Shown here: positions 10,187-19,037 of the stretch, piece by piece
Layout of the letters: each line of letters starts with the position of its first letter
How positions within the stretch are numbered: the first letter of the stretch is position 1
Origin: Vulcanimicrobiota bacterium
GTDB taxonomy: Bacteria > Vulcanimicrobiota > Vulcanimicrobiia > Eremiobacterales > Eremiobacteraceae
Direction: 5' to 3'
DNA length: 64,000 bases
Assembly: GCA_963812135.1 (NCBI GenBank)
Contig: CAWETU010000001.1
Span: 416,001-480,000, forward strand
Program-made: the position numbers and the translations under genes
Notes under the pieces: generated by a model
Told to the model about the DNA's origin: nothing
Databases searched by the model: none
Seen by the model: only the letters and a program-made list of their open reading frames with translations

Positions 10187-11530
10187 ATGCATTACTATGA
10201 CTCTGCGCTCGACGTCGTCGGCTCGACGCCGCTGGTGCGCCTGCATCGCGTCGTGGATGCCCGCTGTCTCGTTTTGGGTAAGGTCGAGTTCTTCAACCCG
10301 GGCGGGTCGGTGAAGGACCGGCCTTCGCTTGCCATGATCAGCGACGCGGAAGAGCGCGGTCTACTGCGCCCCGGCGGCACGATCGTCGAAGCGACCTCCG
10401 GCAATACCGGCACCGGCCTTGCCATGGTGGCCGCCATCAAGGGGTATCGCTGCATTCTCGTGATGCCCGACAAGGTCAGCGAGGAAAAAGTACGTCTGCT
10501 GCGTGCGTACGGCGCTGAGGTCGTCATCACACCGACGAACGTGCCTGCGAGCAGCCCGGAATCCTATTACGGTGTGGCCGCCAAACTCGCGAGCGAAATA
10601 CCGGGGGCCTTCCAGCCGAACCAATTCGCCAACATGCTCAATCCGCGATCCCACGAGGCTTCGACGGGTCCGGAGATCTGGGAAGCGACCGCCGGCAAGA
10701 TCACGCACTTCGTGAGCGGCATCGGGACGGGCGGCACGATCTCGGGCGTGGCGCACTATCTAAAGAAGCAAAATCCCTCGATCGTGGTCGTCGGCGCCGA
10801 TCCGGAAGGGTCGATCTACTCGGGCGATACGGCCAAGTCGTACAAGGTCGAGGGCATCGGCGAAGACTTCTTGCCGGCGACCGTCGACCTCAAGGCCATC
10901 GACCGGATCGAGCGCGTCTCGGATAAGGACTCATTCTTGATGGCGCGCCGCACGTGTCGCGAAGAGGGTCTGCTGGTCGGCGGTTCTTCGGGCACCGCGC
11001 TGGTCGCCGCCGCCCGCATCGCGCGCGAGCTGCCGGCGGACGCGATCGTCGTCGTCCTGCTGCCGGATAACGGCCGCGGCTATCTCTCCAAGATCTTCAA
11101 CGACGAGTGGATGCGCGCCAACGGCTTCTTGGGTGAGCAGGGGCTGGGCGCGACGGTGGGCGACGTGCTGCGCGCCAAAGGCGAACTGCAACTCGTCACA
11201 TTGGCGCCGTCCGATCCCGTCAAGCGCGGCATCGAATTGATGCGCGAGTTCCAGATCTCGCAGATCCCGGTCGTCGATGCCGGCGAGATGGTCGGCAGCA
11301 TCAACGAAGTCGCGGTGATGCAGCTCATCTACGATCGCGCCGACGTGGCGCACCAGCCGGTCAAAGAAGTCATGGCAAAGCCGTTCCCGGTGCTCGAAGA
11401 GCGCGATGAGGTCGAGAAGGCGTACAAAGCGCTATCCCTCGGCCACGGCGCGGTCGTGGTTTCGCGCAAAGGCATCCCGGTCGGCGTCTTGACGAAGATG
11501 GACATCATCTCGTACCTCTCGGCCAACTAA
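10187..11530 (+). CDS. cbs: Cystathionine beta-synthase with C-terminal CBS domains
   Basis: NPGGSVKDR (PLP lysine), EATSGNTG, GTGGT, C-terminal CBS pair; alternative GTG start at 10133. Confidence 0.9.
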   Translation: MHYYDSALDVVGSTPLVRLHRVVDARCLVLGKVEFFNPGGSVKDRPSLAMISDAEERGLLRPGGTIVEATSGNTGTGLAMVAAIKGYRCILVMPDKVSEEKVRLLRAYGAEVVITPTNVPASSPESYYGVAAKLASEIPGAFQPNQFANMLNPRSHEASTGPEIWEATAGKITHFVSGIGTGGTISGVAHYLKKQNPSIVVVGADPEGSIYSGDTAKSYKVEGIGEDFLPATVDLKAIDRIERVSDKDSFLMARRTCREEGLLVGGSSGTALVAAARIARELPADAIVVVLLPDNGRGYLSKIFNDEWMRANGFLGEQGLGATVGDVLRAKGELQLVTLAPSDPVKRGIELMREFQISQIPVVDAGEMVGSINEVAVMQLIYDRADVAHQPVKEVMAKPFPVLEERDEVEKAYKALSLGHGAVVVSRKGIPVGVLTKMDIISYLSAN

Positions 11531-11540
11531 AGGCGGCTCC

Positions 11541-12686
11541 ATGGAGTTCTCGACCAAGGCGATCCACGTCGGCCAGGACGCCGATCCGACGACGGGCGCG
11601 ACCATCGTGCCCATCTACCAGACGACCACCTACACGCAGGCGGCGCCCGGGCAACATAAAGGCTTCGACTATTCCCGGACGATCAATCCGACGCGCGTGG
11701 CTTTGGAGCGCTGCCTCGCGTCGCTCGAGAACGCGTCTTTCGGTCTGTGTTTTTCAAGCGGCATGGCCGCGACGTCGGCGGTGATGAACTTGTTGTCGTC
11801 GGGCGACCACGTTGTGGTCAACGACGACATCTACGGCGGCACGTTCAGGCTGTTCGACAAGGTGTTCACGCGCTACGGCGTGAGCTTCACCTACGTGGAT
11901 GCGACCGATGTGGCGCGCGTCGCGGCGGCGATGAAGCCGTCCACCAAGATGGTCTGGCTGGAGACGCCGACCAATCCGCTGCTGCACCTCGTCGATCTCG
12001 CAGCAGTGGCCGCGCTGTGCGCAGGCCGCGGGATCCACGTTGCGGTCGACAATACGTTTGCCACTCCATATCTGCAGAATCCGCTCGATCTCGGCGCATC
12101 GATCGTGGTGCATTCGACCACCAAATACATCGGCGGTCATTCCGACGCGCTCGGCGGCTTTGCGGCTGTCAACGACCCCAAGCTTCACGAAGTCTTGAAA
12201 TTCCATCAGAACGCGGTCGGGGGCGTTCCCGGACCGTTCGATTGCTTCTTGACGTTGCGCGGCGCAAAAACGCTGGCGATCCGAATGCGCGAACACGATC
12301 GCAACGCGCGTGCGATCGCCGATTTCTTGTCCAAACACGCTGACGTCGACCGCGTCTACTACCCGGGTCTCACGACCCACGCGCAGCACGAGCTCGCGAA
12401 GAAGCAGATGCGTGGTTTCGGCGGCATGGTGTCGTTCACGCTCAAGGGAGCGCCCGATCGGGCGCGCGCGTTCGCGTCGAGCACTAAGCTATTCTCGCTC
12501 GCCGAGAGCTTAGGTGGCGTCGAATCGCTGGTCTGCCACCCGGCGACGATGACCCACGGCTCGATCCCCAAGGAAGTCCGCGAAGCCCGCGGCGTGACCG
12601 ACGGGCTTCTGCGGCTGTCGGTGGGCATCGAAGACATACACGATCTGATCGCCGATCTCGAGCGCGCGTTCAATGCGTCCCGCTAA
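11541..12686 (+). CDS. Cystathionine gamma-lyase/gamma-synthase (Cys/Met metabolism PLP enzyme)
   Basis: YSRTINPT, ETPTNP, DNTFATP, STTKYIGGHSD, AESLGGVESL, RLSVGIE. Confidence 0.93.
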   Translation: MEFSTKAIHVGQDADPTTGATIVPIYQTTTYTQAAPGQHKGFDYSRTINPTRVALERCLASLENASFGLCFSSGMAATSAVMNLLSSGDHVVVNDDIYGGTFRLFDKVFTRYGVSFTYVDATDVARVAAAMKPSTKMVWLETPTNPLLHLVDLAAVAALCAGRGIHVAVDNTFATPYLQNPLDLGASIVVHSTTKYIGGHSDALGGFAAVNDPKLHEVLKFHQNAVGGVPGPFDCFLTLRGAKTLAIRMREHDRNARAIADFLSKHADVDRVYYPGLTTHAQHELAKKQMRGFGGMVSFTLKGAPDRARAFASSTKLFSLAESLGGVESLVCHPATMTHGSIPKEVREARGVTDGLLRLSVGIEDIHDLIADLERAFNASR

Positions 12687-12772
12687 CCCTTGTAGCGACA
12701 GAGGACGGCTCGACCACGCCTAGCGGATGCACGCGTGCGTCGACGAGGTCGGAGCCGTAGATCGCGCTCGCG

Positions 12773-13045
12773 CTAATCCGCGCAGCAGCAAATCCAGCCG
12801 GAATGTTCGATCGGCGGATAGACGATGTGGTACCAATTGTTCGCCGCCTGCCGATAGCCGACACCCGCGCGCTTGATGAGCAGCACCCTGTTCACTTTGT
12901 GTCCAGCCTTCTTAAGGAAGCGGCGTGCGAACGCATCCGGATTGGATTCGAACCTCCGTCGCTCCGCCGACGAGAGTTTGACCTGATAGCGCTCCATGAC
13001 GATGGACCCGGTCAACGCCAATTTCTTCGACGACCTTTTAGCCAT
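12773..13045 (-). CDS. Small basic hypothetical protein (90 aa) ending WYHIVYPPIEHSGWICCCAD
   Basis: Strong RBS GGGAGG upstream of ATG 13045; fills the gap between cgl and iclR. Confidence 0.65.
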   Translation of the reverse strand: MAKRSSKKLALTGSIVMERYQVKLSSAERRRFESNPDAFARRFLKKAGHKVNRVLLIKRAGVGYRQAANNWYHIVYPPIEHSGWICCCAD

Positions 13046-13180
13046 GTCGTGTCCTCCCAAGGATTTTCGAGGGGTAGTGCGGGTGACCGTATTTGGTGGC
13101 GTTAAAGACAACTGCCTGCCCCCGAGCGGCGCAAGCGTTCGGCAGCCTCTTTCAGATCACGAAGTGGAAAAGGCGCCGTT

Positions 13181-14008
13181 TCAGGCGCCGAGCAACCGGC
13201 TGATATCCGCCGCTTCGCGCGCGACCTCTGTAGCCATCTCGGCTAAACGGTCGCGGTCCACGTGACGCGAGAAACCCGCCACCCATATAATTGCCAACAG
13301 CTGGCGATCGGGGCCGAAGATCGGCGCGGCGGCGGCGCGCATGCCGTCGACATACTCGTCGATGTCCGTCGCGGCGCCGTCGTGCGCCGCGGCGCGAATC
13401 GCTTCCATATATTGTGGCACGTCGCGGATGGTGTTGGCAGTGAACGCCGGCAGGCGTCCCTCGCCGAAGAACTCGGCGCGGCGCTGCTCGTCCCACGCTG
13501 AGACGATCGCTTTGCCGACCGCGCCAGCGAGCAAAGGAATAGCGGAACCGATCGGCGCGGAGATCGACATGGTCGGGCGGCCATGGACAAGGTCGAGAAT
13601 GGTCACATGATCGGCGGCCGGGACGCCGAGGAAGCTGGTCTGTTCGGTCGCGGCAGCAAGCCGCTCGAGCGCCGGCCGAGCGATGTCACGCAGATCGCGC
13701 TGGCCCGCCGAGCGCGATGCCAAAGAGAACAGCCCCGGGCCAAGGCGGTAGCGTTTGGCGCCGTTCGGGGATTCGATTATCCCGAGGGATTCTAGGGTCG
13801 TGACGAGCCCGTGAACCGTGCTCTTCCCGAGCCCGAGCGTGCGGGAAAGTTGCGACACGCCCAAGGGCTCCGCGGATTCGCCGAGGGCGGTCAGTAGGCG
13901 GAAGGCCTTGTCGACCGCGGGCACGAGCGTGGTCCGCTCTTGCTCAACATCGGTCAACTCTGCCACGCCGTTCCCGGGGCTAGCCACCCCGTTCTCTGGC
14001 CTGAACAT
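13181..14008 (-). CDS. IclR-family transcriptional regulator (start may be GTG 13966)
   Basis: VPAVDKAFRLL, HTH LGVSQLSRTLGLGKSTVHGLVTTL, GAVGKA, FTANTI, AAAAPIF. Confidence 0.93.
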   Translation of the reverse strand: MFRPENGVASPGNGVAELTDVEQERTTLVPAVDKAFRLLTALGESAEPLGVSQLSRTLGLGKSTVHGLVTTLESLGIIESPNGAKRYRLGPGLFSLASRSAGQRDLRDIARPALERLAAATEQTSFLGVPAADHVTILDLVHGRPTMSISAPIGSAIPLLAGAVGKAIVSAWDEQRRAEFFGEGRLPAFTANTIRDVPQYMEAIRAAAHDGAATDIDEYVDGMRAAAAPIFGPDRQLLAIIWVAGFSRHVDRDRLAEMATEVAREAADISRLLGA

Positions 14009-14079
14009 CTACGTATTCCTTAGTTGCCGGGGGACCGGTGGCCTGCGCGCCCGAAAGCGCGCGGCGGGCTTTTGACGCA

Positions 14080-14099
14080 AGGCGAGCTGCAGCTCGCCT
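14080..14099. promoter_or_regulatory. Perfect 20-bp palindrome between divergent iclR and tldD
   Basis: AGGCGAGCTG|CAGCTCGCCT. Confidence 0.45.
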
Positions 14100-14122
14100 C
14101 CTTAATGTAAGGGTGTACCCAC

Positions 14123-15577
14123 GTGCAGTTCGACAACGAAGCGCAGCGCGCGCTCGACACCGCTTCGGCCAAGGGAGCGGACTATGCGGACGTGCGTTTC
14201 GGCGTCAACAAAGACGAGCACGCCGAGGTCCGTAACGGCGTCGTCTCAAGTCTGAACGACTCTGAGAGCAGCGGCTTTTCCATTCGTGCCCTGGTCGACG
14301 GCGCGTGGGGATTTGCGTCGAGCGCGTTGATCGAGTCCGCTGAGATCGATCGCGTCGCGGCGCTCGCGGTCGAGGTCGCGCGTGCCAGCCGCGCCATCCA
14401 AGAGCACCGCATCGAGTTGCAACCAGCCGGCAAATTCGTGGACAGTTACAAGACGCCGGTGCAAATCGATCCCGCGACGGTTTCGACGAGCGATCGCGTC
14501 AAGTATCTGCTCGACGTAGACAAAGAAGTGCGCGCAGCCAGCGGCGTGACCGTCGCGCGCGCCTGGATCGACGTCTGGCGCACGAAGAAGTGCTTCGCGA
14601 GCACGGAAGGGAGCCGCATCGAGCAAGACCTCGTCCAATGCGGGTCCGCCCTCTCTGCGCTTGCGATCGGCGACGGCGATGTGCAGGACCGCCTGTATCC
14701 CGGCACGGCGGGCCTCTACCAGACGGGCGGCTACGAGATCGTGAACAACGCGCAGCTGTTGGAGAACGCGCGCCGCGTCGGCGACGAGGCGGTCGCGTTG
14801 CTCACCGCGGACCAGTGCCCGAGCGGCACGACGGACATCGTGCTCTCGAGCGACCAGCTCTCACTGCAGATCCACGAGTCGATCGGCCACGCCCTCGAGC
14901 TCGATCGCGTGCTTGGTTGGGAGGCCAACTTCTCAGGGTTGTCATTCGCCACGCTCGACAAATTGAAGACGTTCCGCTACGGAAGCGACATCGTCACGGT
15001 CGTGTGCGACATGACGTGCCCACAAGCGCTTGCGACCGAGGGCTACGACGATGAGGGCACGCCGTCCAAGAGCGTCGACCTGATCCGCGATGGGATCTTG
15101 GTCGGTTATATGGCTGGGCGCGATACCGCCTCGGCTGCCGACGTGCAACTTGCGGGCGTCGTGCGCGCCGAGTATTGGGGGCGCCTGCCGATGATCCGCA
15201 TCGGCAACGTCAATTTGCTGCCGGGTACCGCCACGTCGCTCGACGACCTGTTCGCGGATATCAAGCAAGGCGTCTATATGGAGAGCAATCGCTCGTGGTC
15301 GATCGACGACAAGCGCTTGAACTTCCAGTTCGGCTGCCAACTCGGCTACGAGATCAAGAACGGCAAGAAAGGGCGGCTGCTCAAGAATCCGACCTACGCC
15401 GGCATGACGCCGGCGTTTTGGGCGTCATGCGATGCGATCGGCGACAAGTCGACCTGGGTGGCGTGGGGCACGCCCAACTGCGGCAAAGGCGAGCCCATCC
15501 AGACGGCGCGTTCGTGCCAAGGATCGGCGCCCGCGCGCTTCCGCGCGATCGAAGTCGGGGTGGGCTATGGCGGTTGA
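14123..15577 (+). CDS. tldD: TldD metalloprotease (catalytic subunit)
   Basis: YADVR, GAWGFAS, HESIGH, YDDEG, C-terminal CGKGEP. Confidence 0.92.
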   Translation: MQFDNEAQRALDTASAKGADYADVRFGVNKDEHAEVRNGVVSSLNDSESSGFSIRALVDGAWGFASSALIESAEIDRVAALAVEVARASRAIQEHRIELQPAGKFVDSYKTPVQIDPATVSTSDRVKYLLDVDKEVRAASGVTVARAWIDVWRTKKCFASTEGSRIEQDLVQCGSALSALAIGDGDVQDRLYPGTAGLYQTGGYEIVNNAQLLENARRVGDEAVALLTADQCPSGTTDIVLSSDQLSLQIHESIGHALELDRVLGWEANFSGLSFATLDKLKTFRYGSDIVTVVCDMTCPQALATEGYDDEGTPSKSVDLIRDGILVGYMAGRDTASAADVQLAGVVRAEYWGRLPMIRIGNVNLLPGTATSLDDLFADIKQGVYMESNRSWSIDDKRLNFQFGCQLGYEIKNGKKGRLLKNPTYAGMTPAFWASCDAIGDKSTWVAWGTPNCGKGEPIQTARSCQGSAPARFRAIEVGVGYGG

Positions 15578-16910
15578 TTTCGTCACCGACCGGCAAGCGG
15601 TGAGCAGCGCGCTCGACCAGGCGCTGGCGGCGTCCAAAGCCGACGAGACCGAAGTGCTCATGCTGGGCAGCGAAAGCGCGCTCAGCCGGTACACCCACAA
15701 TTATATCCACGAGAACATGGTCGAGAAGAACTGGAATCTCTCGGTGCGCGCGGTCATCGGCAAGCGAATCGGCGTGGCATCGACCAACCGGCTCGATCCT
15801 GCGAGCATCGTCGCGGTCGTCGAGCGCGCGACCGAGATCGCGCGCCTGGCGCCAGAGGATCACGATTTCCCCGGACTGCCGGACGACACAAGCCCGATCG
15901 CCGACCTTCCAGCGAGCTGCGATGCGGCGACTGCAGCGCTGCCCCCCGAGGCGCGCGCCGACGCGGTCGCGCAAATCGTGCGAGTGATGTACCGCAACGA
16001 CTTGTATGCCGCCGGCTATGTCGCCAGCCGTTCAGACACGATCGCGCTCGCCAACTCCAAGGGCGTGCGGCGTTTTTATCGAGGGTCGGACAGCGCCATC
16101 AACATCAAGGCGATCGGCGACACGTCCAGCGGCTATGCCGAAGGCTATGCCAAACGCTTCGCTGACCTGTCTCCGACCGCGTTGGCCGAGCGCGCCGCGC
16201 GCAAGTGCGTGGACGGCGCGGATCCGAAGGTGCTCGAGCCCGGCCACTATACCGTCATTTTGGAACCGACGGCGTTCCGCGAGTTCCTCGTGTATCTCTC
16301 CTGGATCGCCTTCGGTGCGCAACCGTTCGAACAAGGCTCGTCGTTCATGAGCGGCAAGATCGGGCAGCCGGTCGCTGGCTCTAACGTGACGATTCGCGAC
16401 GACTACGCGCATCCGCTGCATCTCGGCTTGCCGTTCGATTTCGAGGGCGCGCCGCGCCACCCGGTCACGCTGATCGAGAGCGGCATCGCGAGGGACGTCG
16501 TCTACGATTCCTACTATGCTGCCAAACTCAATCACTCGAACACCGGTCATGCGCTGCCCGCACCGAACCCCGACGGCCCGATGCCGCTCAACGCCGTCAT
16601 CGCGCCGGGCAAACGGTCGCTCGAGCAGATCATCTCAAGCGTCGAAAAAGGCGTGCTGGTGACGCGTACGTGGTACATCCGCCTCGTCGATCAGAAACAG
16701 ACGATCATCACCGGCATGACACGTGACGGGTTGTTCTTGATCCAAGACGGTAAGGTCGAGCATGGCTTGAAGAACATGCGCTTCAACGAATCGATCCTCG
16801 GCGCACTTGGCCGCTGCGAATTGGCGAGCGAGCTCGTGCGCAGCGAGAGCCACGTGCTACCCGCCGCGTGCATCGAAGACTTTCACTTCACCAGCGGTAC
16901 GGCGTTCTAG
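15567..16910 (+). CDS. TldE/PmbA family non-catalytic partner
   Basis: LEPGHYTVILEP, FDFEG, TGHA, TGMTRDG, NMRFNES; no HExxxH; overlaps the tldD 3' end. Confidence 0.88.
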   Translation: MAVDFVTDRQAVSSALDQALAASKADETEVLMLGSESALSRYTHNYIHENMVEKNWNLSVRAVIGKRIGVASTNRLDPASIVAVVERATEIARLAPEDHDFPGLPDDTSPIADLPASCDAATAALPPEARADAVAQIVRVMYRNDLYAAGYVASRSDTIALANSKGVRRFYRGSDSAINIKAIGDTSSGYAEGYAKRFADLSPTALAERAARKCVDGADPKVLEPGHYTVILEPTAFREFLVYLSWIAFGAQPFEQGSSFMSGKIGQPVAGSNVTIRDDYAHPLHLGLPFDFEGAPRHPVTLIESGIARDVVYDSYYAAKLNHSNTGHALPAPNPDGPMPLNAVIAPGKRSLEQIISSVEKGVLVTRTWYIRLVDQKQTIITGMTRDGLFLIQDGKVEHGLKNMRFNESILGALGRCELASELVRSESHVLPAACIEDFHFTSGTAF

Positions 16911-16940
16911 GGCGGCGCCAAGGACCTTAAGAGGCCGGGA

Positions 16941-17459
16941 CTACATCGAAGCGGAGGGGCTCGGCTCGGGCATCGGACGGCGCGGCTCGTTCGGCATTGG
17001 CGGGATGATGATGCGGTCGAGTCCGAGTTCGATCGCGATTTTCGACACGCTCGAGTACAGCGCCGTCGCCTTCGGATCGGCTGCGCACTGCAGATCCGGC
17101 GAGCGCTTTCCGCGCCACCAGACAAACGTCGACGAGCCGAACGACGCGCTCTTCATGCAATGGCCCGCGGCCAGCGCGGTCAACGGCATCGCCGCAGACA
17201 TGTCGGCGAAGAACGACTCGGTTTTTTGCGCGCTCAATTGCGCTTTCTTGCGCACGCTGCCCATCACGTATTCCGCCTGACCGTCGCGCTGCACGACGAT
17301 CCGATAGCCCAACGTGTTCGTCGACCCCGTGTTCAAGATCACGGCCGCATCGTGCGGCACCGGTAGATATGATACGGCCCGCGCGGCGAGCGCCGGCGCG
17401 GCGCACAGCGCGATGCACACGCAAAGACCGAGGGTCAGGCGACGCGATCGATTGTTCAT
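16941..17459 (-). CDS. Secreted hypothetical protein
   Basis: RBS GGAGG; signal peptide; ILNTGSTNTLGYRI, CMKSASFG, SPDLQC; Pro-rich tail. Confidence 0.75.
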   Translation of the reverse strand: MNNRSRRLTLGLCVCIALCAAPALAARAVSYLPVPHDAAVILNTGSTNTLGYRIVVQRDGQAEYVMGSVRKKAQLSAQKTESFFADMSAAMPLTALAAGHCMKSASFGSSTFVWWRGKRSPDLQCAADPKATALYSSVSKIAIELGLDRIIIPPMPNEPRRPMPEPSPSASM

Positions 17460-17556
17460 CCGAGTTTCCGCCTCCATGCTTAAAGAAGAACGTGATACTC
17501 TGTCGCGGCGTTCCGGCAGGGCGTTAAAGGGCTGTGAGCAAAACCATTCTGTCCCG

Positions 17557-17640
17557 GCCGAAGTGGCGAAACTGGCAGACGCGCAAGCTTCAGGTGTTTG
17601 TGTCCGCAAGGACGTGCAGGTTCAAGTCCTGTCTTCGGCA
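17557..17640 (+). tRNA. tRNA-Leu (anticodon CAG); CCA not encoded
   Basis: Acceptor stem GCCGAAG/CTTCGGC; D-arm; anticodon arm CAAGC-TTCAGGT-GTTTG; long variable arm GTCC-GCAA-GGAC; T-loop GGTTCAAGTCC. Confidence 0.96.
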
Positions 17641-17671
17641 GGCCGCGCTTTTTTGATGTAAAGGGGAACGC

Positions 17672-18949
17672 ATGTCGTCCACGCTTGACCGGTCAGCCGT
17701 CCAGTCCCAACAAAACGTTTGGCAGATGGCGCAGCGCCAGCTCGACGAGGTCGCCCAGCTTACCGGCCTCGACGAGAACATCCATGCCTATCTGCGCGAA
17801 CCAAAGCGGATCCTCACCGTCTCCGTGCCGGTCGGGATGGATAACGGCAAGCTCAAAGTGTTCGAAGGCTATCGCGTGCAGCACAACCTGTCACGCGGAC
17901 CGGGCAAAGGCGGCATCCGTTTCCACCCCGACGTGACGCTCGACGAAGTCAAAGCGCTCGCGATGTGGATGACCTGGAAGTGCGCGCTCGCCAACATCCC
18001 GTTCGGCGGCGCCAAGGGCGGCATCATCTGCGACACCAAGTCGATGTCGCTCAAAGAGCTCGAAAATCTCACGCGCCGTTTCACCACCGAGATCTCCATC
18101 ATCATCGGCCCAGAAAAAGACATTCCCGCGCCCGACGTCTACACGACGCCGCAGATCATGGCGTGGATCATGGACACGTACTCCATGCAAAAGGGATATT
18201 CAATCCCAGGCGTCGTCACCGGCAAGCCGATCGCGATCGGCGGCTCGCTCGGGCGCGACAAGGCGACCGCGCGTGGTTGTCTCTACGTGACCAACGAAGC
18301 GATGAAGGAGCTCGGGCTCAAGCGCGAGGGAGCTCGCGTCGCGATTCAAGGCTTCGGTAATGCTGGGTTGCATGCCGCAGAGCTGATGGCCGCCGACGGG
18401 TACCTCGTCGTCGCGGTATCCGACAGCCGCGGCGGCGTCGCCAATCCCAAAGGTCTGGACATCGCCGGGCTCACTGCGTTCAAACAGGAGACCGGCACCG
18501 TCGCCGGTTTCTCGGGCGGCGATCGCATCAGCAATAAGGATGTCTTGGAGTGCGACTGCGAGGTCCTCGTGCCGGCCGCGCTGGAGAAAGTGATCACGCG
18601 CGAAAACGCCGGCCGCATCAAGGCGAAGATCATCGCCGAAGCGGCGAACGGCCCGACGCTTCCCGAGGCCGATGAGATCCTGCACGAGCGCGGCATCATG
18701 GTGCTGCCCGACATCTTGGCGAACGCCGGCGGCGTCAGCGTGTCGTATTTCGAGTGGGTGCAAGACCTCCAAGAGAACTTCTGGGAGGAAGAGGAAGTCA
18801 ACGAGCGGCTGCGACGCAAGATGGTGCGCGCGTTCCGCGAGACGCTCGAGCAGAGCAAGAAGTTCAAGACCGACATGCGCCACGGCGCCTACGTGGTGGC
18901 GGTCGGACGGGTCGCAGAAGCCACCAAACTGCGCGGCGTCTACCCGTAA
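17672..18949 (+). CDS. gdhA: Glutamate dehydrogenase (Glu/Leu/Phe/Val family)
   Basis: GPGKGGIRF, MTWKC, GGAKGG, DIPAPD, QGFGNAG, EAANGP, VSVSYFEWVQ. Confidence 0.92.
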   Translation: MSSTLDRSAVQSQQNVWQMAQRQLDEVAQLTGLDENIHAYLREPKRILTVSVPVGMDNGKLKVFEGYRVQHNLSRGPGKGGIRFHPDVTLDEVKALAMWMTWKCALANIPFGGAKGGIICDTKSMSLKELENLTRRFTTEISIIIGPEKDIPAPDVYTTPQIMAWIMDTYSMQKGYSIPGVVTGKPIAIGGSLGRDKATARGCLYVTNEAMKELGLKREGARVAIQGFGNAGLHAAELMAADGYLVVAVSDSRGGVANPKGLDIAGLTAFKQETGTVAGFSGGDRISNKDVLECDCEVLVPAALEKVITRENAGRIKAKIIAEAANGPTLPEADEILHERGIMVLPDILANAGGVSVSYFEWVQDLQENFWEEEEVNERLRRKMVRAFRETLEQSKKFKTDMRHGAYVVAVGRVAEATKLRGVYP

Positions 18950-19037
18950 GCGTCGCGGCGGCATCGCGTCCCGCGGGTGGAAGCCGCGGCGCGCGCAGCC
19001 CCGAACGCACGACACAACATTGAGGGGAGGTCCAACG

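Noticed and set aside
12803..13105. Plus-strand ORFs (100 aa and similar) opposite the small Cys-tailed gene
   Set aside because: No RBS; the minus-strand ORF has a strong GGGAGG and a more protein-like composition
14030..14100. c-di-GMP-I riboswitch (GAAA hairpin followed by GACGCAA)
   Set aside because: Lacks the upstream GGCAAA motif and a recognisable P3/tetraloop receptor; resemblance is only partial
17557..17640. tRNA-Sec (selC), since the loop contains TCA and a Sec gene is nearby
   Set aside because: The 7-nt loop TTCAGGT centres on CAG; the 7-bp acceptor stem and overall sequence match tRNA-Leu(CAG)
17600..17680. tRNA as integration site of a genomic island
   Set aside because: No integrase, and I saw no duplicated tRNA 3' end in the window
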